Shown here: positions 28,974 through 38,998 of the stretch, piece by piece | Numbering within the stretch: the first letter of the stretch is position 1 | Layout: each line of letters starts with the position of its first letter | Assembly (NCBI GenBank): GCA_965216785.1 | Contig: OZ244197.1 | Span: 800,001 to 864,000, forward strand | Direction: 5' to 3' | DNA length: 64,000 bases | DNA from: Thermodesulfobacteriota bacterium | GTDB taxonomy: Bacteria > Desulfobacterota_D > UBA1144 > Nemesobacterales > UBA2774 | Program-made: the position numbers and the translations under genes | Notes under the pieces: model-generated | Database searches by the model: none | Seen by the model: the letters and a program-made list of their open reading frames with translations, nothing else | What the model was told of the DNA's origin: nothing

Positions 28974-29909
28974 CTAAAAAAAGGATTTTTTTATCAGCCC
29001 CGGAAAAAACGGGGTCACTACTAAACGAATATTCCATTCCGAACTGAGCGTGTCGGGTTGCACGACACTGTAGCTGGCTTCAAGCTGAATTCTAAACGGT
29101 ACTTTCTTTAAATTAACTGTCTTTGCTACCCCAAGACCGATAGGCAGCGTGACTTCATCACCATCATCAGCCTTCCAGTCAATTAACACGTTCGGAGCCC
29201 CGGTCCCCACCTCCCAACCACCGTGAAGAAGACGCCAAAGATAGTACTGGATGTTTGCCTGACTGGTCTCAGATCTGTTATCCTTACCGCCAATTGACCA
29301 CCATTGCTGCGGGAAAATACCTGCTGACCATTTCTTGCCAAAATATCCGACAAATCCGGTAGGGCCTAACTGCCACTTCTGCTGTCCAAGATTTTCTTTA
29401 CTGGCTGTGGGGAGAATCCAAGTAGTTCCGACGGCCCACTTGAAACCCCCTAATGTTCTGGGCGTGAGCGCAGTAGCTATAGCCATATCCCCGAGCCCTG
29501 TTCTCCCTTTAAAACCTCCCCCTTCTTGTGCTATGGGCGTGCTGGCTACAAATGGAATGACGGAACGGATAACTAAAAACCACTTATCCTTTATCGGGAT
29601 GGGAATCACCGGCTGAACATTTAAGGTATTACTATGTCGGGTCTTATCCGACGGATCACCACTAAGGAAGGTAAAATCATTCCGTAACCCAATGCTCCAT
29701 ATCGGGGCCACTGGATTTGCGAGTCTCTCACCCACTTTCTCGGTTATCACTTTTCTTGTCGGTTTAGATAATGATAATTCTGGGATCGACGCCCCGTTCT
29801 GCTGAGACCCCTGGGCAAAAGATTTTAAGCAAAGTCCCGGTAGAGACGCAAGCGTAAAAAGGCATACAAAGATAGCTGGTAGCAAATCTAAAAAAATTTT
29901 GCTGGGCAT
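28974..29909 (-). CDS. Outer-membrane beta-barrel protein (phenol-MetA / 'neuromedin U'-like family)
   Basis: Signal peptide; LANPVA, LNVQPVIP, GLGD, KWQLGP and LPIGLGV.K motifs. Confidence 0.6.
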   Translation of the reverse strand: MPSKIFLDLLPAIFVCLFTLASLPGLCLKSFAQGSQQNGASIPELSLSKPTRKVITEKVGERLANPVAPIWSIGLRNDFTFLSGDPSDKTRHSNTLNVQPVIPIPIKDKWFLVIRSVIPFVASTPIAQEGGGFKGRTGLGDMAIATALTPRTLGGFKWAVGTTWILPTASKENLGQQKWQLGPTGFVGYFGKKWSAGIFPQQWWSIGGKDNRSETSQANIQYYLWRLLHGGWEVGTGAPNVLIDWKADDGDEVTLPIGLGVAKTVNLKKVPFRIQLEASYSVVQPDTLSSEWNIRLVVTPFFPGLIKKSFF

Positions 29910-30130
29910 TTAACTGTTATCCCTTTGGCCGGCACATCAGATATTTTGAGAAATCAGTAAAAAAACAAGCCTGTCAATAAACATACACGCAATAAATATT
30001 CATTAGCGAAACGAGGCCTATCCAGATTATGTTAACACTCAAAAATTAAAATCAAAAAGATGAAGCCCTCGGAATAGTGATATTAAAAACAAACTTAAAG
30101 CCTCTTTTCAGCCTTTGGCCCAAATAACAA

Positions 30131-30167
30131 AAAACCGGCACATGAGCTGGTATCATGTGCCGGTTTT
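30131..30167 (-). terminator. Strong Rho-independent terminator after the Pho-box-preceded porin
   Basis: Perfect 15-bp inverted repeat AAAACCGGCACATGA / TCATGTGCCGGTTTT. Confidence 0.85.
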
Positions 30168-30259
30168 AAATGTTTCGGAGCCAGAACAAAAAGGGAGATG
30201 ATTATAATTTAAGGAGAGATGATTAAATTATGTTTATTTCCTCTTGTCCGATTTGCATC

Positions 30260-31633
30260 CTAAAAATATGCCTGGAGCTGAGCCCTTACTACATTTGAGT
30301 CAATATCAGACTCGCCCTGTGTAAACTCCTGGCGCAGGAAAGAATATTGAAGCTGAACTTTCCATCTGTGATCCTTTGATATGTAATAGTTTATTCCAGG
30401 TGTGACAGCCCAAGTTGAATCCTGAACGCTCGTGTCAGCAGGTACTACGTTAGAGCCGGTATCGAAATCTACATAAGTAAACCTTCCGACAAACTCAACG
30501 GTTTTCGGCATTGCGAATACTCCGGCCTGTACGTTGAATCCTTGGTCATAAGCCGTACTCCCGCCGCCTTCTTCAGGATCTATCCACCTGCCGTAATAAG
30601 AACCCTGAACATTAAAGACAGGCATCTTGAAATTCACATCCCCCGTTATGGAGGTCAGATTCGCTTGCGTAACACCTAGCTCTTCAAATCTGTCCGTTAA
30701 AAGCGAATTGGGCGACTTTCTGTCTATATTTAACCCCGGTATACCGGCTGCGGCCAAACCGACAACAAAAGTGGGCTTTTTGGCAAAGTTTGGCACGATT
30801 TTATATGCTTTCGCCGTAGGGAATGTCGAACCAGGACTGAATTTAAAATCCTCTCCTCCCAAACCTAACTGAACCCTTCCCGCATATAAAAGGTTAGAAT
30901 CCGTGCTTCTCCCATTTCTACCGTCACCGTTAAACACACCGGCTGCATAGGAAAAATTATAATTTTGTCCAAGCCCGCCGTTCAGCGTTACTCCGCGGTC
31001 CCTGGCATATGTAAACTCCGCGTCCGCGATTGATCTGGTTACTAACTGAAGCGCTGATGATGAGTTCAAAGTTTCCCTGCTAAATGGAACCTTAAACTGC
31101 CCAACCCTTGGCATTATGTTTTTATTATACGCAACTGTAAAAAATAGGTCTCTCAATGTAACTGAGTCCCTTGCACCCAATTGGAGCGTATAGAGGAACC
31201 AAGGCTTAAAGGCGTGCCCGTTCCATTTCATCCTAACCCTGGCTACGCTAAAGTTAGTCGCAGTATTCTCACCGTCCGTGTCGTCTACAGAGACCTGGAA
31301 CTGTCCGCGTATCCTGAACTTCATCTTAAACATTCCGTCTGTCGTTGAGAATGTAAGCCCCTTATTATACTGCGCCTTAAACTTGTTGTACCAGGCGTCA
31401 TCGTCTTTCTCCACAATTTCCGCCATCTTCTCGCTGTCTGCAGCTCTCTGATTCTCCATTAACTCAATCTGCTGCTGCAGCTGTTGAATTTGCTGCTGAT
31501 TCTGGCGTTGAATCGCTTCTATCTGCTGCTTTAGCTCCTCGATCTGCTGCTTCGTAGACTGAGCCTTTGAATTAACAGCGCCAAAAGGCAATACGAGCAA
31601 AGTCAAGATAAGCATCTTTAATAGAAATTTCAT
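30260..31633 (-). CDS. Phosphate-selective porin OprO/OprP family (paralogue 1) with an N-terminal Gln-rich coiled coil
   Basis: AGGAGG SD before ATG 31633; signal peptide; ARVRMKWNG, GQFKVPFSRE, RDRGV, GINYY; C-terminal QAYF. Confidence 0.85.
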   Translation of the reverse strand: MKFLLKMLILTLLVLPFGAVNSKAQSTKQQIEELKQQIEAIQRQNQQQIQQLQQQIELMENQRAADSEKMAEIVEKDDDAWYNKFKAQYNKGLTFSTTDGMFKMKFRIRGQFQVSVDDTDGENTATNFSVARVRMKWNGHAFKPWFLYTLQLGARDSVTLRDLFFTVAYNKNIMPRVGQFKVPFSRETLNSSSALQLVTRSIADAEFTYARDRGVTLNGGLGQNYNFSYAAGVFNGDGRNGRSTDSNLLYAGRVQLGLGGEDFKFSPGSTFPTAKAYKIVPNFAKKPTFVVGLAAAGIPGLNIDRKSPNSLLTDRFEELGVTQANLTSITGDVNFKMPVFNVQGSYYGRWIDPEEGGGSTAYDQGFNVQAGVFAMPKTVEFVGRFTYVDFDTGSNVVPADTSVQDSTWAVTPGINYYISKDHRWKVQLQYSFLRQEFTQGESDIDSNVVRAQLQAYF

Positions 31634-31673
31634 CTCTGCACTTCCTCCTTTGTACAAATAGATTTTGGCCTAG

Positions 31674-31728
31674 AAGATATAGAAGTTGAGTTAAGTTAAT
31701 GTGAAATAAGTGTTAAGATTGCGTTAAG
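31674..31728 (-). promoter_or_regulatory. Pho-box-like promoter (four direct repeats plus -10)
   Basis: Plus-strand GTTAAG/GTGAAA/GTTAAG/GTTAAG at 31690/31701/31712/31723 (11-bp period); minus-strand TATCTT 10 bp from the proximal unit. Confidence 0.8.
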
Positions 31729-31814
31729 ACAAGCCGGGAGTTATTGCAACTGTAAACCTTTTATATACTCTATAAATAAAATTGCTTATAATAAACGGGA
31801 GTTAGGACTCTAGT

Positions 31815-32504
31815 ATGAGTGAAAAACTAATCACCATCGTGGATGATGAAGAAGATATAGTGGAGCTTGTAAGCCATCATTTAAAAAGAGAGGGCTTTAA
31901 AGTAAAGGAGTTCCACAACGGAAGGGATTTTCTTTCCTACGTAGAATCGGTAGTGCCCGATCTTGCGGTACTCGACATAATGCTTCCCGGGATAGACGGG
32001 CTTGAGATATGCAGAATGCTCAAACAAAAAAGTACAACGGCATCGGTACCCATTATTATGCTGACAGCGAAAGCTTCAGAAGCGGACGTAGTTGTGGGGC
32101 TTGAGCTTGGAGCGGACGACTATATAGTGAAACCCTTCAGCCCGCGCGAATTTGTGGCCAGATGCAAGAGCGTCCTCAGACGGATCGGGTCAATGGAGGT
32201 CAAGGACAATGTCATAAAAGTCGGCCCGCTTGCAATCAACCTTGAAAAATACGAAGTAACGGTAGAGGATGAAAAAATCATTCTCACAACAACCGAGTTT
32301 AAGATCCTTGAAGTACTGGCTGAGGGAAAGGGCAGAGTGTTCACCCGGGATCAGCTCCTTAAAAAGAAGAGACTTTGGGGAGACGATAAGCTCGTATACG
32401 ACAGAACAATAGACGTTCACATAAAAAACCTAAGAGAAAAACTTGGAATTGCGGGTAATTTGATTAAAACTGTTAGGAGTATAGGTTATAAATTAGAAGA
32501 GTAG
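31815..32504 (+). CDS. phoB: OmpR/PhoB-family response regulator, probably PhoB/PhoP
   Basis: REC domain (DDE, LDIMLP, KPFS) plus winged helix (RTIDVHIKNLREKL); sits next to a PhoR-like kinase and phosphate porins. Confidence 0.8.
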   Translation: MSEKLITIVDDEEDIVELVSHHLKREGFKVKEFHNGRDFLSYVESVVPDLAVLDIMLPGIDGLEICRMLKQKSTTASVPIIMLTAKASEADVVVGLELGADDYIVKPFSPREFVARCKSVLRRIGSMEVKDNVIKVGPLAINLEKYEVTVEDEKIILTTTEFKILEVLAEGKGRVFTRDQLLKKKRLWGDDKLVYDRTIDVHIKNLREKLGIAGNLIKTVRSIGYKLEE

Positions 32505-32511
32505 AGATCTA

Positions 32512-34281
32512 TTGAGTATATTCCGGAAACAGTTCATCCCCTCCCTTATAATCGTATTACTGGCTTTATTTATATTTACAGTAGTTGTATTGGCGCAGCT
32601 GAGTAAATATGACCACTCACTCACCGAACAGAATTTAGTCCGCTCGGCCAAAATGGTAAGCGCTGCGCTTGAACCCACACTTGCAGATAAGAACACAGGA
32701 CAACTGCAAGATTTAGTATCCAAGCTCGGTGAAACAAGCGGGATCAGAATTACCATCACAGACAAATACGGGGTGGTCATCGGGGACTCGGAGAAAAACC
32801 CGAGAGAAATGGAAAACCACTCGGAAAGACCCGAGATCAAAGAGGCGCTAAATGGACATACCGGACAGAGCATACGCTACAGTAACACAATTCAGAAAGA
32901 GCTATTCTACATAGCCGTTCCCGTTTTAGGACCCGGTGGCAATGTCGACTATGTAGTAAGAACCTCCTTACCTCTGAGTATCCTGCAGCAGACTATATTG
33001 CCGATCGAAAAGAAAATTATTTACATATCACTATTAATCGCAATTATCGCGATCGCTCTTTTGTTTGCGCTTTCCAGATCACAAGCCAGATCACTTGCGC
33101 CCTTGATCAATATTTCAGAGCAATTAGCGGACGGGAATCTTAACGTGGATATCCCGATTTCAGAGCAAAAGGGTGAAATACCAAAAATTTCGAACGCGCT
33201 TAATCAAATGGCGCAAAAATTCAACGAGCTTTTTAAACAGCTTTCCAGTGAAAAAAATCAGCTAGAAGCAGTATTAAGCGCAATGAGCGAAGGAGTCATG
33301 GTGCTCTCTAGGGATGGGAAAGCTATTATCACTAACAACGCGCTCCTGGATATGTTTAACATTAAGGACGATCCCAAGAATAAGCTGTATTGGGAAATTC
33401 TTAGGAACAGAGAGGTTACGGAGGTTATCGAGAACGTGCTCTCAGAGCGCAGACCCGACACTAAAGAGATTTTCTATCTCTATCCCGAGGAGCGCTACTA
33501 TCTCCTCAATGTCATCCCGCTTGAATCACCCGATGAAGAGGTAATAGTCGTTATGTTCGACATAACGGACTTTAAGAGACTTGAGAAGATAAAAGCAGAT
33601 TTTATCGCAAACGTCTCACACGAGCTTAGGACACCTCTGACGGCGATAAAAGGCTACAGCGAAACAATTGAAGAAGGGGCGTATGAAAACACCGAGGATC
33701 TAAAACACTTTATAGGTATAATCAAAAGACACACAGACAGACTCATTAACATAGTTTCAGACCTTCTGGTGCTGTCCGAGGTAGAAAGCAGAGACTACCT
33801 TTCAGGCTCAGCGCCCGACAGCGATTTTGAATGGATAGATGTCGAGGAAATAATTACCTCATCCCTTGAAGCCATAAAAACAAAAGCCTCTGAGAAAGAG
33901 CTCAACATAGCATTTAATAACGGGGCTGAGCACCATACAGTAAAGGGAAACAGATTTTTACTGGAACAGATGTTCTTAAACCTTATAGATAACGCCGTTA
34001 AGTATACGCCTGACTCTGGCACAATTGGGATCGAGCTAAGTAATCCGGAAGATAATCTATATATTAAGGTATACGACACGGGAATCGGGATCCCCAAGGA
34101 GCACCTGCCGAGAATTTTCGAGCGGTTCTACCGCGTGGATAAAACCAGATCCAGAAAAATCGGAGGCACAGGGCTCGGACTGAGCATTGTTAAGCACATA
34201 GTGATACTTCACGGCGGTACAATTGATGTAGAAAGCGAAGAGGGGAAGGGGAGCAGCTTTAAGATAACTCTACCACAGTAG
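32512..34281 (+). CDS. phoR: PhoR-type sensor histidine kinase (TM-sensor-HAMP-PAS-HisKA-HATPase)
   Basis: MENHSERPEI..AL.G..G...RYS.T, FIANVSHELRTPLT, RIFERFYRVDK.RSR..GGTGLGL. Confidence 0.85.
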   Translation: MSIFRKQFIPSLIIVLLALFIFTVVVLAQLSKYDHSLTEQNLVRSAKMVSAALEPTLADKNTGQLQDLVSKLGETSGIRITITDKYGVVIGDSEKNPREMENHSERPEIKEALNGHTGQSIRYSNTIQKELFYIAVPVLGPGGNVDYVVRTSLPLSILQQTILPIEKKIIYISLLIAIIAIALLFALSRSQARSLAPLINISEQLADGNLNVDIPISEQKGEIPKISNALNQMAQKFNELFKQLSSEKNQLEAVLSAMSEGVMVLSRDGKAIITNNALLDMFNIKDDPKNKLYWEILRNREVTEVIENVLSERRPDTKEIFYLYPEERYYLLNVIPLESPDEEVIVVMFDITDFKRLEKIKADFIANVSHELRTPLTAIKGYSETIEEGAYENTEDLKHFIGIIKRHTDRLINIVSDLLVLSEVESRDYLSGSAPDSDFEWIDVEEIITSSLEAIKTKASEKELNIAFNNGAEHHTVKGNRFLLEQMFLNLIDNAVKYTPDSGTIGIELSNPEDNLYIKVYDTGIGIPKEHLPRIFERFYRVDKTRSRKIGGTGLGLSIVKHIVILHGGTIDVESEEGKGSSFKITLPQ

Positions 34282-34386
34282 GCCAAATCAACACTCAAAC
34301 AAGTGCACACCCTTATTTATTTTGTACTGGGAACCTATCCCGGACAGCCACTCAAAAGATAACCTCTTAATTACCGCAAGATACTT

Positions 34387-35799
34387 TTATATATTAAGAA
34401 ATCCCAATGGAGCACTGCCTGAGCCTGTATCGTAGAAGCGCCCTATGTTCGGAAGAATTTGTGAGAGCTCAGATCCCGTTACCCCAAACCAAAGCGCGAG
34501 TTCAGCAAAAAACTCGTCCGTTGAGATTGTCGGTATAAGAACCCCTCTTCCGACATCAAGCGGATTATCCAAGGCGAGAACCGGATAGTCGCCGAATATC
34601 CTGCCTCCCTTCACACCCCCGCCCATAACAATCTGGTTACTGCCCCACGCATGGTCGGATCCTTTTCCGTTTGAGGTCAATGTTCTACCAAAATCCGATA
34701 TTGTAAATGTTACTACGTCTTTGGTAATACCCATTTCGTTAAGCGCGCTATGAAATTCATACAAGCCTTTACTCACAACCGGGAGCATCTCCCCCTGAAG
34801 GGGCAGCGTGTCGTCGTGGTGATCCCATCCTCCGAAAAGTACAAAAAAGACCTGCCTTTTAAGCCCGAGACTATTACGTGCATTTATCGTGTTAGCGATA
34901 AATTTAAGGCTCTTCGAAAATTCATTTTCAGAGAATTCCGTGCTTACAGACTTAACGCTCATTACCGCTTCTCTGAAGGCCATTTCTGTATCAAGTGATG
35001 TGCGAAGCTTATTAGCGTAAGCCTGCTCAAATATATTCTTGTAATTCAGATTAAGCATGCTGTCTATTGACTGCGTAAGAATCTGCTCATAGGGATCCTC
35101 TCCTTGATAACCTATTATGCTGTTTGTACCCTCAGGACTAACGCTGAATTCTGTTGTTTGGTTTCCGGTCTGAAATATATTTGTACCGGAAAGAGAAATA
35201 TTCATTGATATATTGTTATTGCCTATCAGACCCTCGAGCAGGTCGTTCATTCTGCCACCCCAGCCTATACCCGTTCTCTGATCAGGCAGGCTCGTTTGCC
35301 ACTGCTCAATTTGGTCTGCGTGTGAAAAGAGGCCCAATGGTAGTAGCTTAGCTCCTGCCTCAACCTCCTGGACATTTGCCAATGGCTCTACCAGAGTTCC
35401 GACATTTGTAATAAAAGAAGCCGCTCCGCTGTTAAAGAGCTGGCTAAGCTCGCCCATGCCGGGATGCAGGCCAAACTCTCTGCCGTCACCCTCTATAATA
35501 TTTAGTGAAAGCAGATCGTTTTGACTTAACGCCAGATCACCGCGCGCAGCCTTATATTCCTGATATTCCGCGTTTCCTTTTGGAACAAGCATGTTAAAAG
35601 AGTCGTTTCCCCCGGCAAGCAGTATGCAGACCATCGCTTTATACTCTTGTCCTATATTCGCAGCCGAAGCGCTGCTTATCATCCCCAGGTTAAGAAACGA
35701 CGAAAAAAACGGTAACGATCCCATGGCAGCGCACGCCGCTCCAGTGCCTTTTAAAAATGTTCTTCTGCTAATGCTGCTTCCCTTATTCCTTTTCATCAT
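34387..35799 (-). CDS. DUF1501-family Tat-exported protein
   Basis: SRRTFLK twin-arginine motif; LAGGNDSFN, LFSHADQ, GGWDHH, SDFGRT and DHAW motifs. Confidence 0.85.
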   Translation of the reverse strand: MMKRNKGSSISRRTFLKGTGAACAAMGSLPFFSSFLNLGMISSASAANIGQEYKAMVCILLAGGNDSFNMLVPKGNAEYQEYKAARGDLALSQNDLLSLNIIEGDGREFGLHPGMGELSQLFNSGAASFITNVGTLVEPLANVQEVEAGAKLLPLGLFSHADQIEQWQTSLPDQRTGIGWGGRMNDLLEGLIGNNNISMNISLSGTNIFQTGNQTTEFSVSPEGTNSIIGYQGEDPYEQILTQSIDSMLNLNYKNIFEQAYANKLRTSLDTEMAFREAVMSVKSVSTEFSENEFSKSLKFIANTINARNSLGLKRQVFFVLFGGWDHHDDTLPLQGEMLPVVSKGLYEFHSALNEMGITKDVVTFTISDFGRTLTSNGKGSDHAWGSNQIVMGGGVKGGRIFGDYPVLALDNPLDVGRGVLIPTISTDEFFAELALWFGVTGSELSQILPNIGRFYDTGSGSAPLGFLNI

Positions 35800-35805
35800 T
35801 GCCCC

Positions 35806-37506
35806 CTAATTCTGAACTACGAACTCCGGTGAAATCATAAATAGGTAGAGCGCGGTTTGAACCCTTAACAGAGGATCCTCAAAATTATTTATCGCATCTA
35901 TAATTATCTTCTTCATTCCCTCAGACATCTGCCCGTATGTGAGAATCAGATCCAGACGGTCGACCAAAGCGCCGGGGTCGTGTGCTAAAGCAATCTCATC
36001 ACCAAAATCAAATTCCGCGTCATTTACGGGTAAAAAGAATGTGCCGTCCCGCTCGGGCAAAGATAACAATTCCCCGAGGAAAGCCATTATAAAAACCATG
36101 TTTGGATAATTAATAATGGTTGAGCTGGTAATTATTTGAAACTCCGGGGCAACCAGATTGTTTTCTCCGATTATTCCGTTCGGCTTAAAGTCCGGCAGGA
36201 AAAAATTAAAAACACTTGGAGAGCTAAGTACGTGCTGGTTTAAGAAAAACTGCGCCGCATAGCCGTCATTAAAGTAGTGACCGTCAGGTGTAACAGCATT
36301 AAACTGCCTTAAAACTGAAACGTACCTTACCCACGGTTCATGAAACTTTCCAAATGAGGCATTCCCCGTCTGCGCCGGGCCTGAAGCGTGCTTATCAAGA
36401 AGGATTGCTTTTATTACTGCCCTCAGATCTCCGCGCACTCCCGAGCCGTTATCCGCAAACACGTCAGAAACCCTTTTTATATACTCAGGCTCAGGATTTG
36501 ATGTTACAAGCCTCTGGATCAGTTTTTTACATATAAAGGGCCCCGTGTTCGGGTGATTAAATAAATTATCTATTGCATCCTCAATATCCTTCATCCCGCT
36601 CTGGCCGGAGGGCAGTACCTGAGAGTTGAGTAAAATTTTCTCCCCGGTTTCGTGAAACTCCTCGTTCATCACCATAGGATCGATAAAATTAATCCTATCA
36701 TCGTCAAAGAAAATGCTGCCTGACGGAGCGGACACTAATCCCGTAAAAACTTTTGCAAGCTCCGTAATATCAGTGTTATCGTAAGTAGCTATCGGAAAAC
36801 CCTCGGAATCCTTCCTAATGGTTCCGTCTTGGTTTAGCTCATCAAGACCGATCGAGAATAGCTGCATAGATTCCCTTGCATAGTTTTCATCCGGGAAGCG
36901 GTTAATTTCAGGATCAGCTTTTTTGTTGTTCATGTGACTCAGGTAAACCCCCATCACAGGGTGTAGGGTGACATCCAGAAAAAGGTCCCTGAAATTTCCA
37001 AACGCGTTCCTCAATAAAACATCGTAGTAACTTGATAACCCCTCGGGATGACTCTCCAAAATATCGACCCTGTCAGAAACGACAAAGATTTCACTCAAGG
37101 CAAAAGCCACTCTCTGTCTCAACAAATCAGGTGACGTCATTGCCTGCTGCCACCAGCTGTAACGCCTGAAAGTTTGAAATTCCTCATACTTATTTTCGTA
37201 GGCAAGCTCCAGCAGCTCCAGTGTGTAGGGAAGGTTATATCCTGCGGGCTGGTTAAACTGATCCTCAAGCCACTTCTCTTTTCCAATTTCAGCTACTCTC
37301 TGTATCTCTTCGTAATCTGCGCCGAGTGTCGCCATCGACAAAAACCTTGAGGCCTCTTCCATTGAAATCGGCTCATTTGTGCCTTGATTTGTTTGGTCGT
37401 TTCCCCCTCCGTTATCAGACCCCGATCCGTTGCAGCTTAAAAGCGGCGCTGTGAAAAGCGTTAACAATACTATCAGTAAAAAACTATTCATCGATAGATA
37501 TTTCAT
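35806..37506 (-). CDS. DUF1800-family lipoprotein
   Basis: Lipobox LLSC; ASRFL..ATLG, LRQRVAFALSEIFVVS, PDENYARE.MQLFSIG, SPSVFNFF. Confidence 0.85.
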   Translation of the reverse strand: MKYLSMNSFLLIVLLTLFTAPLLSCNGSGSDNGGGNDQTNQGTNEPISMEEASRFLSMATLGADYEEIQRVAEIGKEKWLEDQFNQPAGYNLPYTLELLELAYENKYEEFQTFRRYSWWQQAMTSPDLLRQRVAFALSEIFVVSDRVDILESHPEGLSSYYDVLLRNAFGNFRDLFLDVTLHPVMGVYLSHMNNKKADPEINRFPDENYARESMQLFSIGLDELNQDGTIRKDSEGFPIATYDNTDITELAKVFTGLVSAPSGSIFFDDDRINFIDPMVMNEEFHETGEKILLNSQVLPSGQSGMKDIEDAIDNLFNHPNTGPFICKKLIQRLVTSNPEPEYIKRVSDVFADNGSGVRGDLRAVIKAILLDKHASGPAQTGNASFGKFHEPWVRYVSVLRQFNAVTPDGHYFNDGYAAQFFLNQHVLSSPSVFNFFLPDFKPNGIIGENNLVAPEFQIITSSTIINYPNMVFIMAFLGELLSLPERDGTFFLPVNDAEFDFGDEIALAHDPGALVDRLDLILTYGQMSEGMKKIIIDAINNFEDPLLRVQTALYLFMISPEFVVQN

Positions 37507-37780
37507 ATTTGTTAATCCAACCTTTAAGAAACTTAATACCTCTTTTTGTCTTTCACCTAAAATTATAATGTTAAGTCTTTTGCGTTCTACTATTTTTTTC
37601 CATTTGCCCTAAACAACACTCATCGGCAAGTGAAGGTATGAGTAAATAGAAGTGTTCAGTCGATCAGTTGTATGGGGGTTTTTAGAATCTGTAGTACTAC
37701 TTAGCTTTTAGAAACAAACGAGGATCTGGTGATCCGCTATTTTCTCATTCCGGTTCGGATCATAAACGGAGGCTTTAAAT

Positions 37781-38863
37781 TTATTGCTTTCCGGCAGGGT
37801 AAGAGCCGAGGATTTTCAGATAAACCGAGTTTTTTCTTACTTTAGACAGCAGCCTCTTAATATTAGGATCCTCTGAGTGGCCTTCAAAATCGACGAAAAA
37901 CAAATACTCCCACGGCCTCTCTTTTGATGGCCTCGATTCGATCTTGCTAAGATTCACAGACTCCTGAGCAAAGGGCTGAAAAAAAGACTTCTGTAAAGCC
38001 CCGGGTTTATCTTTAAGTGAAAATACTATCGAGGTCCTGTCGTTTCCAGAAGGCTTTGCAGAAGATTTACCTACTACAAAAAACCTCGTAGTATTCTGCA
38101 CGCTGTCCTCTATATTTTTTTTAAGAACGTTAAGATTGTAAATATCCCCGGCATACTCACTTGCTACGGCAGCATACCCTTTTTTACGCGATGCAATCCT
38201 CGCCGCTTCGGCAGTACTCGCAAGCTCAGCCAATTCAGCATGTCCGAGGTTCTTACTTAACCACCCTTTACACTGTGCAAGAGCCTGAGGGTGTGAGGCA
38301 ACGACCTTTACGTCCTTAAGCGATTTTGATTTAGAGAGAAGGAACTGATGTATCTTTTCAAATATCTCGTTTGTAATAACCAGGTTTGAGTGCGAGAGCA
38401 AATCAAGCACAGCTCCTACAGAGCCCTCAATGGAATTCTCTATAGGTATCACGCCAAAGTCTGCCCTTCCGGTCTCTACTTCCTCAAACACTTCGTCGAA
38501 AGTCCCAAGTGGAATGAGTTCGTTTGAGCCTCCGAACTCATTGAATGAGGCCTGGTGCGAAAAACTCCCGCGGGGTCCCAGATACGCTATCCTAAGCGGT
38601 TCCTGTAGTTTTCTGCAGGCCGAGATAATCTCACGGTACACACTCAGCACGGATTCACCGCTGAGGGGACCGCTATTCAATCGGGCAAGCTTTTTTTCTA
38701 TCTCCTTTTCCCTCACAGGATCATAAACACTGTAAGAGTTCTCGCGCTTTAGCTCGCTTATTTTTAAAGCCACGCTTCCGCGCTCATTTAACAGCTCGAG
38801 CAGCTTCTTGTCAATATCGTCAATCTCTTTTCTAAGTTTGTTTAAATTTCGCGAGGAGCCCAT
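37781..38863 (-). CDS. pheA: Chorismate mutase/prephenate dehydratase (P-protein)
   Basis: N-terminal CM domain; AYLGP.GSFSH, PIENSIEG, SHPQALAQC, NTTRF, IESRP (ACT). Confidence 0.95.
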   Translation of the reverse strand: MGSSRNLNKLRKEIDDIDKKLLELLNERGSVALKISELKRENSYSVYDPVREKEIEKKLARLNSGPLSGESVLSVYREIISACRKLQEPLRIAYLGPRGSFSHQASFNEFGGSNELIPLGTFDEVFEEVETGRADFGVIPIENSIEGSVGAVLDLLSHSNLVITNEIFEKIHQFLLSKSKSLKDVKVVASHPQALAQCKGWLSKNLGHAELAELASTAEAARIASRKKGYAAVASEYAGDIYNLNVLKKNIEDSVQNTTRFFVVGKSSAKPSGNDRTSIVFSLKDKPGALQKSFFQPFAQESVNLSKIESRPSKERPWEYLFFVDFEGHSEDPNIKRLLSKVRKNSVYLKILGSYPAGKQ

Positions 38864-38895
38864 AATTTACCGGTACTAATCAGGTCTTGGCACAA

Positions 38896-38924
38896 ATGAT
38901 AGCGAGCAGGGAAATAGATGTCAA
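38896..38924 (-). promoter_or_regulatory. Sigma70-type promoter of pheA
   Basis: TTGACA-N17-TATCAT on the minus strand. Confidence 0.7.
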
Positions 38925-38998
38925 ATCAGCGCAGCGGCGTCGATAAAGATAAGTACGAACTTCCCGATCCCGCAAATATTGCTATCATCCAAAATATT

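Noticed and set aside
30192-30231. Short direct repeat GAGATGATTA (two copies) in the porin 3' UTR
   Set aside because: Only two copies and no spacer structure; not a CRISPR array or a recognisable element.
31440-31560. CTG/CAG-rich repeat-like tract
   Set aside because: It encodes the Gln-rich coiled coil of the porin and is not an independent repeat element.
37507-37580. Pho box upstream of DUF1800 (GTTAAT, TTTAAG, CTTAAT)
   Set aside because: The spacings are 12 and 9 bp rather than 11, and I could not place a matching -10.
38887-38903. Plus-strand sigma54-like TTGGCAC near pheA
   Set aside because: The GG-to-GC spacing is 11 rather than 10, and it points away from pheA.
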